Numbered from the stretch's first letter, positions 27,440 through 37,577 are shown. The stretch: 64,000 nt of DNA from Candidatus Woesearchaeota archaeon (GCA_030651135.1 JAUSCS010000006.1:522160-586159), one strand, 5' to 3'. The notes: generated by a model not told the origin, from the letters alone. A program made the numbers and translations.

Positions 27440-28696
27440 ATGAATAAGAAAATAGCGTATGCGATTTTGGTTTTTGTTTTGTTGGCAATTTCAATAAACA
27501 TTGCTTATGCCATAACAACCACTACAACTGTTGCGAATCCTGAAAGCAGGGATATAAAAATAACCCTGATAAGCCAGGAGCCTGACCCTGCAGAGCCTGC
27601 GGGATATGTTGACCTGCGCTTTAAAGTTGAAAATTGGGGAACGAGGGCAGCCTCTAATGTAACGCTTGATATTATTCCGCAATATCCATTTTCAATAGGC
27701 TCCGGAGACAGCACAGCTAAAAACCTCGGCAGCATATCCGGAATACAGCTTGGCTCAGAAGGAGTTATTGCAAAATTCAGGCTTAAGGTTGATGAGAATG
27801 CTGTTGACGGTGAAAATGAAATCAAGGTCCGCTACAAAACAGCATCAGGCTCTGAGTGGGTTACAACAAGAGCATTTAATATAAGCATACAGGCGCATGA
27901 AGCAATAATATCAGTTGAATCAGCCAATTCAACACCAAGGATAATTGTGCCCGGGAATGAAGCTTTGCTGAATATTGTAATCAAGAATATTGCAAGCTCT
28001 CTCTTAAAAGATATCCGGATAAAGCTTAACTTAAATGATACGCCTTTTGCGCCAATTGATTCTTCAAATGAAAAAACAATAAAAAATCTTGATGCAGGAT
28101 TAAAGGAAACAATAACATTCAAGGTGATAACAGCGCCTGGAACAAAAGCAGATGTATATAAAATGCCGCTGGAAATAAATTATATAGACCGGCTTGGAAA
28201 GAATTACACAAAATCGCATTTAATCGGCTTGGTTGTCGGCTCAGTTCCAGACCTTTACATCAGCATAGACAGCTCAGCAATATACAAGGTCGGAAGCTCA
28301 GGCAAGATAATCATTAAATTTGTTAATAAAGGATTGACAGACATAAAATTTGTGAATGCAAAACTGAAAGAAACAAATGATTATGAAATAGTCTCCCCAG
28401 ATGTTGTGTATGTGGGAAATGTGGATTCAGATGATTACGAAACAGCAGAATTCAGGCTGTTCCTGAAAAATGCAAAAGACAGCAAGGTAATACTTCCTCT
28501 TTTAGTTGATTACAAGGATGCAAACAACAAGGATTATTCTGCAAATGTCAGCCTGGAGCTTAAATTAATCAGCCCTGAAAAACTCGGCATAGAGCAAGGC
28601 AATGGCTTTTGGGGAATTGTTTTGCTGATCATCATTGCCGTAGCAGCATGGTGGGGCTATGGGAAATGGAAAAAGAGCAGAAGAAAAAAAGCTTAG
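27440..28696 (+). CDS. S-layer-domain (COG1361-like) protein
   Basis: Signal peptide, Ig-like repeats (QEPDPAEP), C-terminal TM segment and basic tail. Confidence 0.8.
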   Translation: MNKKIAYAILVFVLLAISINIAYAITTTTTVANPESRDIKITLISQEPDPAEPAGYVDLRFKVENWGTRAASNVTLDIIPQYPFSIGSGDSTAKNLGSISGIQLGSEGVIAKFRLKVDENAVDGENEIKVRYKTASGSEWVTTRAFNISIQAHEAIISVESANSTPRIIVPGNEALLNIVIKNIASSLLKDIRIKLNLNDTPFAPIDSSNEKTIKNLDAGLKETITFKVITAPGTKADVYKMPLEINYIDRLGKNYTKSHLIGLVVGSVPDLYISIDSSAIYKVGSSGKIIIKFVNKGLTDIKFVNAKLKETNDYEIVSPDVVYVGNVDSDDYETAEFRLFLKNAKDSKVILPLLVDYKDANNKDYSANVSLELKLISPEKLGIEQGNGFWGIVLLIIIAVAAWWGYGKWKKSRRKKA

Positions 28697-28733
28697 TTTT
28701 ATTTTTTCTTTTTGATTGAAAAAAGGAATAAAA

Positions 28734-29957
28734 ATGCTCAAAGACTACATTAAGTTTGCATACAGCAATTTTTTGCATAGAAAGAAAAGAGGGATTCTTA
28801 CAATTATCGGCATATTAATAGGAATAGCTGCCATTGTTGCGCTTATCTCATTAAGCATGGGCATGAAAGCTGCGCTTAATGAAGAATTTAAAAAAGTAGG
28901 GTCGAACAGGGTGATCATTGAAGCCGGCGGCATTGCATTTGGCCCGCCAGGAGCAGGCTCTTCGCTTTCTGCATCCGAATTGACAAAAGATGACCTTGAT
29001 GTCGTAAGCAAAGTGGCTGGAGTGGATTTTGCAACCGGGATTCTTTCAGAAACAGCAAGAATTGAATTTCATGATGAAATTAAGCATACACTTGTTTTTG
29101 GCACTTCAACTGACGCAGAAACAAGAAAAAGATTAGAGGAAATAGGGCTTTTTGAAATAGGTGAAGGCAGGCAGCTGAAGCAGACTGATAAATACAAGGC
29201 AGTTCTGGGCTACAAAGTTGTGCATGATCTCTTCGATACAGATATAAAACTGGGAGATAAAATAAAAGTTGAGGACAAGGAATTTGAGGTTGTCGGCATT
29301 CAAGAATTGATTGGAACAGGTGTTCACGATCTTCTCGTCAGACTTCCTCTTGATACGGCAAGGGAGATATTCAGCGAGCCTGAAAAAATATCCTCGATAA
29401 TGGTTACAACATCAATTGGATTTGAGCCGGTCAAAGTTGCTGAGGCAATAAAGAAAGAGCTAAGAAAATTCAGGAATGTTAAAGAAAATGAAGAAGATTT
29501 CACAGTGCAGACAGTAGAGCAGAGAGTTGCAACAGTTACAGTTATTCTTGATGTTGTGCAGGCTGTTTTGATTGGCATTGCTGCAATAAGTCTATTAGTT
29601 GGCGGAATCGGCATAATGAATACCATGTACACTTCTGTTTTGGAGAGAACAAATGAAATCGGCATAATGAAAGCTATTGGCGCTAAAAATTCAGATATTG
29701 CAAAAATATTTTTAATAGAATCAGGGCTGCTAAGTTTGGCTGGCGGCGCTATTGGCATTGTTATCGGCATTTCAATAGCAAAGGCAGTTGAATTTGCTGT
29801 GCAGGGCTATGGCATAACATTGTTCAGGGCAGACATAAGCCCTTTACTGATAATCAGCGCTTTGGCATTTTCATTTTTAATAGGATCTGTTTCAGGCTCT
29901 TTGCCGGCAAGGCAGGCAGCATTGCTAAGCCCGGTAGATGCATTGAGGAAAAAATGA
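28734..29957 (+). CDS. ABC transporter permease (MacB/FtsX-like)
   Basis: GIMNTMYTSVLERT.EIG.MKAIGA. Confidence 0.92.
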   Translation: MLKDYIKFAYSNFLHRKKRGILTIIGILIGIAAIVALISLSMGMKAALNEEFKKVGSNRVIIEAGGIAFGPPGAGSSLSASELTKDDLDVVSKVAGVDFATGILSETARIEFHDEIKHTLVFGTSTDAETRKRLEEIGLFEIGEGRQLKQTDKYKAVLGYKVVHDLFDTDIKLGDKIKVEDKEFEVVGIQELIGTGVHDLLVRLPLDTAREIFSEPEKISSIMVTTSIGFEPVKVAEAIKKELRKFRNVKENEEDFTVQTVEQRVATVTVILDVVQAVLIGIAAISLLVGGIGIMNTMYTSVLERTNEIGIMKAIGAKNSDIAKIFLIESGLLSLAGGAIGIVIGISIAKAVEFAVQGYGITLFRADISPLLIISALAFSFLIGSVSGSLPARQAALLSPVDALRKK

Positions 29958-31168
29958 TCAAAGATTATGTAAAATACGCTTTCCTTAATCTAAGGGAAAG
30001 AAAGACCAGGACATGGCTCACAATGCTTGGCATTTTCATAGGCATAGCCTTGGTTGTTGCATTGATCAGCCTTGGCCAGGGATTGCAGGAGACAATAAAT
30101 GAGCAGTTCAAGATGCTTGGCGTGGATAAGATAATCGTAAGCCCTGGCGGAACTTTTTCAGGTGTTGGCGGAAGCTCTGCAGCATCAGAGCTGAAAGAGA
30201 AAGATATTGATACAATAAAAAAAGTCAGAGGAGTTGATCTTGCTGCCGGTTTTATATATAAATTGGCAAGAATGAAAAGCGGCAATGAATTCAAATACAG
30301 CTGGGCAACTGGAATGCCGACAGATGAATCCAGGAAGATAATCGAAAGCATGCAGTCTTTTAAAATTACGGAAGGAAAGGACTTGAAGAAAGGCGATAGC
30401 TATAAGGCATTGGTCGGCATAATGTTCAGCGAAGGCAAAGTGTTCAAAAAAAAGCTTAATGTGGGAGACAAGATAGAAGTTGAAGGAAAAGATTTTGAGA
30501 TCATCGGAATATTGGGCAGGATAGGCAATCCCCAGGATGATTCGCAGATACTTATTCCATTGGATGTTGCAAGAGCAGTTTTAAATGAGCCTGAAAAATA
30601 TGATACAATAATAGTGCAGATAAAGGAAGGAGAAGATGCAAATGCAATTGCAGAAAGCATTAAAAAAAGGCTTCGTGACGAAAGGAATGTGAAGGAGGGC
30701 GAAGAGGATTTCTCAATACAGACATCAGCCCAGCTATTGGAAACTTTCAAAACAGTGTTTACAATTGTCCAGGCTGTTCTCATTGGAATTGCCGCAATAA
30801 GTTTGCTGGTTGGCGGAATAGGGATAATGAATACAATGTACACTTCTGTCTTAGAGAGAACGCAGGAGATTGGCGTTATGAAGGCAATAGGAGCTAAAAA
30901 CTCTGATATTGCGCAGATCTTCCTGATAGAATCCGGATTATTGGGATTAACTGGAGGCATAATCGGTGTGTTGATCGGAGTTGGATTGAGCAATATTGTA
31001 GTTTACATCACAACCCAGATGGGAGTGTCGATCCTGAAGGCATATTTCCCATGGTATTTGATTGTTGGATCGCTGTTGTTTTCCGTTGCTGTAGGAATTG
31101 CTTCAGGAATGCTTCCAGCAAGGCAGGCTGCGCTTATGAGGCCTGCGGATTCGCTGAGGTATGAATAA
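29954..31168 (+). CDS. ABC transporter permease (MacB/FtsX-like), paralogue
   Basis: Same motifs as the upstream permease. Confidence 0.92.
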   Translation: MIKDYVKYAFLNLRERKTRTWLTMLGIFIGIALVVALISLGQGLQETINEQFKMLGVDKIIVSPGGTFSGVGGSSAASELKEKDIDTIKKVRGVDLAAGFIYKLARMKSGNEFKYSWATGMPTDESRKIIESMQSFKITEGKDLKKGDSYKALVGIMFSEGKVFKKKLNVGDKIEVEGKDFEIIGILGRIGNPQDDSQILIPLDVARAVLNEPEKYDTIIVQIKEGEDANAIAESIKKRLRDERNVKEGEEDFSIQTSAQLLETFKTVFTIVQAVLIGIAAISLLVGGIGIMNTMYTSVLERTQEIGVMKAIGAKNSDIAQIFLIESGLLGLTGGIIGVLIGVGLSNIVVYITTQMGVSILKAYFPWYLIVGSLLFSVAVGIASGMLPARQAALMRPADSLRYE

Positions 31169-31280
31169 ATTGTTGTGGAAAATGGCAAAGCCGTAGGTAA
31201 AATATTTAAGTAATTCATTACTCATATGAGTAAAACAGTACAAATAGAAATGTTTTTATTTAAGCTGTTTTTTAATCTTC

Positions 31281-31565
31281 ATGATGAAACAAAACGAATT
31301 GAACCAAAAGCTTGTAAAGCACGCAAAATACTTCCAGAAGGAAGTGAGGAAAAACATAGCTATTGCAATATCTGCTGCATTTGCCTTTATCCTCGCATTG
31401 TACTGGAAGGATCTCATAACTGAAGGCGTCAATAAAGTCCTTGATTATCTTAAGTTAAGCGGCAACAGCTTTTATTTCAGGGTGTTTGTTGCTTTAATTG
31501 TGACATTGATCTGCGTATTGGGAATAATAATCATAACAAGATGGGGTCAGATAAAGAACAAATAG
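31281..31565 (+). CDS. Small membrane protein (DUF5654-like)
   Basis: AAFAFILALYWKD motif, 2 TM segments. Confidence 0.7.
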   Translation: MMKQNELNQKLVKHAKYFQKEVRKNIAIAISAAFAFILALYWKDLITEGVNKVLDYLKLSGNSFYFRVFVALIVTLICVLGIIIITRWGQIKNK

Positions 31566-31566
31566 A

Positions 31567-31926
31567 ATGGAGCAGAAAATAAGCGCATTGGTGACTGTTT
31601 TTCTTGTATTTGCAATCCTGCTTACAGGAGCAGCAGTTTATCATAATATGGAGAAATGGTCGTGGGTTGATTCATTTTACTTTTCAACCACAACATTGAC
31701 AACAATCGGATTTGGGGATCTTCATCCGACAACAAATGCATCAAAAATATTTACGATTTTTTACATACTCATAGGCGTAGGCGTAGTTTTTTATATGCTT
31801 TCCACAATAATCCTGAACTATGTCGAGGGCCATAAAAGAACAATAACAAAGTCGCTTTTAGGCACATTAAGCATGAAAAAAGAGCCCGAAAGGTGGATTG
31901 AGCTTAAAGTTAAGAAAGAGAAGTAG
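31567..31926 (+). CDS. Potassium channel (2TM pore)
   Basis: YFS.TTLTTIGFGD selectivity filter. Confidence 0.9.
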   Translation: MEQKISALVTVFLVFAILLTGAAVYHNMEKWSWVDSFYFSTTTLTTIGFGDLHPTTNASKIFTIFYILIGVGVVFYMLSTIILNYVEGHKRTITKSLLGTLSMKKEPERWIELKVKKEK

Positions 31927-32860
31927 GAGTTAGATTTCTCAGATACAGCTCAAGCTTGTTTTTTACTTTTTCTTTCAGGTTTTCATCAATTTTTAGTCTT
32001 TTAACCTCTTTATCAACATCAAACCTTTTGAATTCTGTTAAAGTTCCTTTAAACTTTCTTCCTGCAATCTTTGCCTGTTTTTCAATTTCTTTCGCATATT
32101 CTGAGCCAAAGTAGCGTATTACAGGAAACTTGCTTATTGAATTTGCTCCTGCTTTCAGCAGATCAGAAACATAGTCGACCCTGTCCAGCCATATTCCTGC
32201 CTGTATGTCTATTTTTGGGAATTCTTTTCTTGTGAGCTTTATCCATTCTGCCATATATTCTTTTTTCGGAGGGCTTGATTTTTCAAAGATTGTGCCTTTC
32301 TGCGGGTTTAAGCCATAGAAGTGTATTTTTGATATTTTGTATTTTTTAATGAACACTTTTAATTTTTTAAAATCATCAATATTTTCTCCTAAGCCGAGTA
32401 TTATTGTCATTGCAGTCTTTAGCTTCAGCTTCAGGGCTTCTTCAAGCATTTTTTCAAATGGCTTAATTGGCTTTGAAGGGCAGACAAAAGAATGTACTTT
32501 GGGATTGATAGTTTCTATAGATGCAACAACGCCTTTAATGTACGGCTTGAATTTTGTTAATTCTCTTTTTTTTATTGGGCCTATATTGATCCATATCTTT
32601 TCATTAATGGTTTTTTTTATTAATTTCAATAATTCTAAAAAATCCGTTGCTGCATACGCATTATGGCCGCCTGACAGGAAGCCGATATCCCAGCCGAGCT
32701 TTTTGCACAGGATGAATTCAGCCAAGATCGAAGCAAATGATCTTACAGCCATCTTTTGGCCTTTCGGTTGGGTGCTCATATAGCAGAACTTGCAGTCAGC
32801 AGTGCTGCAGTACCAGCTGAAGAAAATTGCGCGCTCGAAATTCGTTTTAGTTAGTTTCAT
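31910..32860 (-). CDS. Radical SAM protein (BioB-like)
   Basis: CSTADCKFCYM (CX4CX2C), SGG, IILGLGE. Confidence 0.82.
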   Translation of the reverse strand: MKLTKTNFERAIFFSWYCSTADCKFCYMSTQPKGQKMAVRSFASILAEFILCKKLGWDIGFLSGGHNAYAATDFLELLKLIKKTINEKIWINIGPIKKRELTKFKPYIKGVVASIETINPKVHSFVCPSKPIKPFEKMLEEALKLKLKTAMTIILGLGENIDDFKKLKVFIKKYKISKIHFYGLNPQKGTIFEKSSPPKKEYMAEWIKLTRKEFPKIDIQAGIWLDRVDYVSDLLKAGANSISKFPVIRYFGSEYAKEIEKQAKIAGRKFKGTLTEFKRFDVDKEVKRLKIDENLKEKVKNKLELYLRNLTPTSLS

Positions 32861-32865
32861 TTAAA

Positions 32866-32895
32866 AGCCCCCAAAGGGATTTGCACCCTTGATCT
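32866..32895 (-). other. Orphan 3' tRNA half (variable loop, T arm and acceptor 3' strand; tRNA-Thr-like)
   Basis: AGATC-AAGGG-TGCAAAT-CCCTT-TGGGGGC-T, starting at the endonuclease stop codon. Confidence 0.7.
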
Positions 32896-33902
32896 TATAA
32901 ATCTTTAATTTTATCTAAATGTTTTTTATTGGAAAAGCCAATTTCTTTTATAAATTTATTAACGTTTTCAAAGCCATTAATTTGAATAACATGTTTTCTG
33001 CCATTAATATATGCTCTTGGATTTAAATTAAGGTTTTTTAATATATTGTAAACTTGGTTCATTAAAGGTACACTTACCGTGCCTAGTTGTACTCTTAAAT
33101 ATGGCGTTTTGTAAATTTTTCTTTTATCATAAAAAATACAGCCGTCAGTATCATAAATGCCCCTAATACAATTAGTAATTGATTTTTGATCCTCAGAATT
33201 AACAATTTCATCAGGTATTGTTACAGTATATGATTTTTTACCAGATGGAAATTTGAATCTTTTTGTCAATAAATTATAAAATTCCTTGGAGTATATTGTC
33301 ATTCTCATCGTATTATCTTTTTCCGTAATGATTGGATTTGAATTTGGGCTCATTTCTTTAATAATTGGTTTTAGAGTTTCAACAATGTATTCTTTATCGA
33401 GTTTAGAATGTCCTGTAAATTGAATCATATACATGCCGCCATATTTATTGGTAAACCCATCTCCTATAAATGCGCCAATTAATTCGCATAATTGCGGGGT
33501 TAGAGGCGTATCAAATTGAAAATTATACCTGCCGCATCTAGCACTTTTAGCTCCAATCTTTCTTCCTTTTTCAAAAATATATCTGTGTTTTTTATAAGTA
33601 GCAAGCCCCCCTTTAATCATCCCCCAATTTCTATCTTTTAAGAAGATTTGTTTATTAAAGAAGTTGTTATCATCTGTGCTTAAATGAGACAATAAATCTA
33701 AGAAAGTAGAATAAGGTATTGAAATATCACCATCTCTTAAATGTTCTAGTCTTGATTTATAAATGCCAAAATGCTTTCTTAATTCTTTCCATGTACCGAA
33801 CTGAGCCTTAAGCTTAGCAAAGAATTCATCCCTGATAGTATCATCTCTAAAGAAGACTCTTTTAGAAAGCAATTCTTCATTGAGTGATTTTTTATTTTTC
33901 AT
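32895..33902 (-). CDS. Free-standing double-motif LAGLIDADG homing endonuclease with N-terminal extension
   Basis: ELIGAFIGDG and IRGIYDTDG motifs; no intein splicing motifs; very AT-rich. Confidence 0.87.
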   Translation of the reverse strand: MKNKKSLNEELLSKRVFFRDDTIRDEFFAKLKAQFGTWKELRKHFGIYKSRLEHLRDGDISIPYSTFLDLLSHLSTDDNNFFNKQIFLKDRNWGMIKGGLATYKKHRYIFEKGRKIGAKSARCGRYNFQFDTPLTPQLCELIGAFIGDGFTNKYGGMYMIQFTGHSKLDKEYIVETLKPIIKEMSPNSNPIITEKDNTMRMTIYSKEFYNLLTKRFKFPSGKKSYTVTIPDEIVNSEDQKSITNCIRGIYDTDGCIFYDKRKIYKTPYLRVQLGTVSVPLMNQVYNILKNLNLNPRAYINGRKHVIQINGFENVNKFIKEIGFSNKKHLDKIKDL

Positions 33903-33927
33903 AATAATGCTTTTTGGAAAAATAAAA

Positions 33928-34016
33928 AGCCCCGGAGGAGATTTGCACTCCCGACCTGCTGATTACGAATGCTGATCAATTGCTGTCAGCCGCAATAGCT
34001 ACTATGCTACCGGGGC
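33928..34016 (-). tRNA. tRNA-Thr(CGT) with 16-nt intron at 32/33 (33969..33984)
   Basis: GCCCCGG/CCGGGGC acceptor; spliced arm GCTGA-CT-CGT-AA-TCAGC; BHB-like motif with GCTG/CAGC central helix. Confidence 0.88.
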
Positions 34017-34021
34017 ATTTA

Positions 34022-34180
34022 TCATCTAATATTCTTCAGCAGTTCTTCCTTGCTCTGAAACTTCTTCTGGCATTCAAAGCAGAAATAATGCTGCTTCCCC
34101 TTCTCATCTTTTGCCATTGTCCCGATTATCTTCTTCAAAAATGTTTCATTCACCTTGTTGCCGCATATTTCGCATTTCAT
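34022..34180 (-). CDS. Small Zn-finger protein
   Basis: MKCEIC...CFEC; TATA box upstream. Confidence 0.7.
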   Translation of the reverse strand: MKCEICGNKVNETFLKKIIGTMAKDEKGKQHYFCFECQKKFQSKEELLKNIR

Positions 34181-34258
34181 AGGATGATTAATTTTTGTCT
34201 GTTTATAAACGTTTTTAAAATCGTAAGCTTTATTAAACAATAAACAAAAACAGACCAT

Positions 34259-36013
34259 ATGGCAAGAATCGCTGTTGTTGAAAAGGACAAATGCAACCCG
34301 GAAGGCTGCGGAAACTATCTTTGCATTAGAGTGTGCCCTGTCAACAGGATCGGCAAGGACTGCATAGTTAAAGGCCTAACCACAAAAGCGCAGATTGATG
34401 AAGAGCTTTGCACAGGCTGCGGCATATGCGTCAACAGATGCCCTTTTGGAGCGATACACATCATTAACCTTCCAGAGGAATTGAAAGAAGGCCCAATACA
34501 CCGCTACGGCAAAAATGGATTTGCTTTATACAGGCTGCCAATCCCAATATTCGGCAAAGTTGTCGGAATTTTGGGAGTCAATGGAATCGGAAAAACAACG
34601 GCATTAAAAATATTAGCAGGATTGCTGAAGCCAAATTTTGGAAAGGAAGAAGAAGCAACTTATGACGAGCTGATATATCATTTCAAAGGCAGCGAAGCCC
34701 AGTCTTTCTTTGAGAAAATAAAGAAAGGCCAGATAAAGATAAGCTATAAGCCGCAGCAGGTTGATGCAATCCCGAAAACAGCAAAAGGAAAGGTAATTGA
34801 TCTTTTAAAAAAAGTGGATGAAAAAAAAGAATTGAGCAGGGTTGCAAAGCAGCTGGAGATTGAAAAAATACTCGACAATAACATCAATGAAATCTCTGGA
34901 GGAGAGCTGCAGAGAGTTGCAATTGCAGCAACTGTCTTGAAAAAAGCGAATCTCTATGTTTTTGACGAGCCATCTTCTTATTTGGATATAAAGCAAAGAA
35001 TTAAAGTAAGCAAATTCATCAAAAGCCTTGCAGATGAAAACACAGCAGTAATGGTTGTTGAGCATGATCTGATTATTCTGGATTACATGACTGACCTGAT
35101 TCACATGATGTACGGCAGGGAAAGCGTTTATGGAGTTGTTTCGCAGCCAAAGGCAACTAGGAACGGAATAAATATTTACTTGGATGGCTATCTGAAAGAA
35201 GAAAATGTCCGCTTTAGGGATAAAACAATAAAATTTTCTGTAAAGCCGCCAACAGAATCCAAAAAAAGAATGCTGCTGACAGGCTGGCATGATATTGAAA
35301 AAAAGCTTGGAGCCTTTAAGTTGAAAGCTGAAAAAGGCGAGTTGCACAGGCACGAAACAATAGGCATTTTGGGAGAGAATGGAATCGGAAAAACAACATT
35401 TGTGAAAATATTGGCAGGAGCCTTAAAGCAGGACAAAGGAATTGTTGACCAAAACATTAAAGTAAGCTATAAGCCCCAGTACATCGAAACAAAATCAGAT
35501 GAGCTTGTAATGGTTGCTTTAAAGGAAGCAATGCAGAAATACGATGTTCAATTAATGAGGCCTCTAAATCTTAAGCATTTACTGACTAAAAAGATAAGCG
35601 AGCTTTCAGGCGGGGAATTGCAGAGAGTTGCTATTGCGCATTGCCTTTCGCAAAAAGCAGATCTTTATCTTTTAGACGAGCCTTCTGCTTATCTTGATAT
35701 TGAGCAAAGGCTGGTTGTTTCAAAAGTCATACACGATATAATGGAAGAAAGGGGAACATCAGCATTGGTTGTTGATCACGATTTGCTGTTTATTGATTAT
35801 TTGTCAGAGGGGTTAGTTGTGTTTATAGGTGAGCCTGCTGTCCATGGCGAGGCAAAAGGCCCATTTAACATGAAAGACGGGATGAATATGTTTTTAAGAG
35901 AACTGGGCGTTACATTAAGGCGCGACAAAGAATCAAACAGGCCAAGGATCAACAAGGAAGGATCCCAGCTTGACAGGGAGCAGAAAGATCAGAATAAATT
36001 GTATTATGGCTAA
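34259..36013 (+). CDS. rli1: Ribosome recycling ATPase ABCE1 (Rli1)
   Basis: N-terminal 2x[4Fe-4S] Cys motifs; two ABC domains GVNGIGKT and GENGIGKT; SGGELQR. Confidence 0.96.
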   Translation: MARIAVVEKDKCNPEGCGNYLCIRVCPVNRIGKDCIVKGLTTKAQIDEELCTGCGICVNRCPFGAIHIINLPEELKEGPIHRYGKNGFALYRLPIPIFGKVVGILGVNGIGKTTALKILAGLLKPNFGKEEEATYDELIYHFKGSEAQSFFEKIKKGQIKISYKPQQVDAIPKTAKGKVIDLLKKVDEKKELSRVAKQLEIEKILDNNINEISGGELQRVAIAATVLKKANLYVFDEPSSYLDIKQRIKVSKFIKSLADENTAVMVVEHDLIILDYMTDLIHMMYGRESVYGVVSQPKATRNGINIYLDGYLKEENVRFRDKTIKFSVKPPTESKKRMLLTGWHDIEKKLGAFKLKAEKGELHRHETIGILGENGIGKTTFVKILAGALKQDKGIVDQNIKVSYKPQYIETKSDELVMVALKEAMQKYDVQLMRPLNLKHLLTKKISELSGGELQRVAIAHCLSQKADLYLLDEPSAYLDIEQRLVVSKVIHDIMEERGTSALVVDHDLLFIDYLSEGLVVFIGEPAVHGEAKGPFNMKDGMNMFLRELGVTLRRDKESNRPRINKEGSQLDREQKDQNKLYYG

Positions 36014-36390
36014 GTTTTCTCTTGAAGCTTTAATTTTTCAATAACAGATTTAGCAAATCCGCTTACATTTTGATCTAAGTCATTTGTATAATGTTCAATG
36101 GCTTTGTAATAGTTATCGTCATTCATGCATTTGTATGCTCGTTTAAGATATTTTATAAAATATTTTTTAGCCAATTCTGGCTTAAAAGACAGGCCATGTC
36201 CTTGAGGATCGCCTGCCAGCTCTATACATCTGCCAATAACATATTCTGAACCATAAAGTTTATGAGTTTCGAGCATAGCCCTGTACATAATTCTACCGAG
36301 GCCTCTTTCGCCAAATCTTGTCAGCAAGCCTGTCAAGTCCGCATATTTCAGTTTCTTTATTATCATGTTGTTTTTTATTTCTTTCATCAA
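36010..36390 (-). CDS. Hypothetical helical (HEAT-like) protein
   Basis: 126-aa ORF divergent from the Lrp-like regulator. Confidence 0.55.
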   Translation of the reverse strand: MMKEIKNNMIIKKLKYADLTGLLTRFGERGLGRIMYRAMLETHKLYGSEYVIGRCIELAGDPQGHGLSFKPELAKKYFIKYLKRAYKCMNDDNYYKAIEHYTNDLDQNVSGFAKSVIEKLKLQEKT

Positions 36391-36494
36391 ATAACACTAC
36401 TAAAAAGGAGTAATTCAAATTTATATAAAACTTTTCACCATTTTTTACGCTAAATACGAAAGATTTAAATAAAATAAGCTTAATTAGATTAAAA

Positions 36495-37577
36495 ATGACT
36501 GATTTTATTGGCATGGTTGTTGAATCAGACTATGGCAGGGAGATTAAAGTAGATCTTAAAGATAAAAAAATCCTCGGCGCATTGGCTGTGAATGCCAGGC
36601 TAAGCCCTAGCGAGATTGGAAGAATCGTTGGGCTGTCGAAAGATGCTGTAAGATACAGAATCATTCAGCTTGAGAAAAAAGGCATAATAAGGGGCAGCGT
36701 TGTCATCGCAAACCCGTCAAAAGTGGGCTATTACCTGCATACAGTATTACTGAAGCTTGAAAACCTGTCTGAGGAGCGGGAGAACGAGCTAATCAAATTT
36801 TTCGCAGCTTTTCCTTTAGGAATATGGTTCGGCAAGTGCAGCGGCAGGTGGGATTTTGTTTTTGAAGTCATAGCTAAGGACATGAAGCAATTTGACAAGA
36901 TAATGCAGAAGATAAAATCAGTCTGCGGAAAAAACTTAAGAGATTATGAAAGCTTAACTGCATTTAACTTAGTTAAATATGTGGATTTGCCAGATGATTT
37001 CTACAAAGATCTTGGATTAAAGTTTGAATTCGAAAGAAAAAGCGTTGCATTCGCAAAGGAGATCAAAAAAGGGATAATCGAATTCGACTATGAAAAGCAA
37101 ATAAAGCTCGATTTAACTGATGCCAGAATATTGAAAGCTTTGTCTGAAAATGCTTGTGCTCAAATATCTGAAATAGCCAATAGAACTAGAATTCCAAGGG
37201 ATACAGTTGTTAATCGCATAAGGAGCATGGTCAATAATGGATTAATAATTGCATTCAACCCGATTATAAATCTCACTTATCTGAAATATCATCTGTATGT
37301 TGTGTTTTTTCACTTGGCTAACCTGACAGATGAAAAAGAGAAGGAATTTTTCAATTACATGTCTGTGCACTCTTTTGTTGCATACGGCGCAAAGCTGATG
37401 GGAAAATACGAAGCCCAGATATTCCTGATCGTAAAGGATCCAATGCACATGCACGAAATAATGATGGAATTCAGAAGAAAGTTTTCAGGCATTATTGAAG
37501 ACTATGAGCCTCTGCTGGTCATAAAAGACTATAAATATAATTTCCTGCCGGAAGGTGTTTTTCCTAAAATTATCTAA
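36495..37577 (+). CDS. Tandem (double) Lrp/AsnC-family regulator
   Basis: Two HTH+RAM units (DLKDKKIL..L..NAR; DLTDARIL..L..NA). Confidence 0.88.
   Translation: MTDFIGMVVESDYGREIKVDLKDKKILGALAVNARLSPSEIGRIVGLSKDAVRYRIIQLEKKGIIRGSVVIANPSKVGYYLHTVLLKLENLSEERENELIKFFAAFPLGIWFGKCSGRWDFVFEVIAKDMKQFDKIMQKIKSVCGKNLRDYESLTAFNLVKYVDLPDDFYKDLGLKFEFERKSVAFAKEIKKGIIEFDYEKQIKLDLTDARILKALSENACAQISEIANRTRIPRDTVVNRIRSMVNNGLIIAFNPIINLTYLKYHLYVVFFHLANLTDEKEKEFFNYMSVHSFVAYGAKLMGKYEAQIFLIVKDPMHMHEIMMEFRRKFSGIIEDYEPLLVIKDYKYNFLPEGVFPKII

Noticed and set aside
29560-30930. Near-identical DNA stretches in the two permease genes
   Set aside because: Conserved motif of tandem paralogous MacB-type permeases, a common arrangement
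32866-32895. Trans-spliced split tRNA half as in Nanoarchaeum
   Set aside because: It begins at the variable loop with no anticodon-stem strand, no GC-rich complementary leader and no promoter of its own; a displaced or relic end fits better
32895-33902. LAGLIDADG ORF as part of a large tRNA intron or group I intron
   Set aside because: The upstream tRNA-Thr is already complete, and I see no BHB or group I core bracketing the ORF
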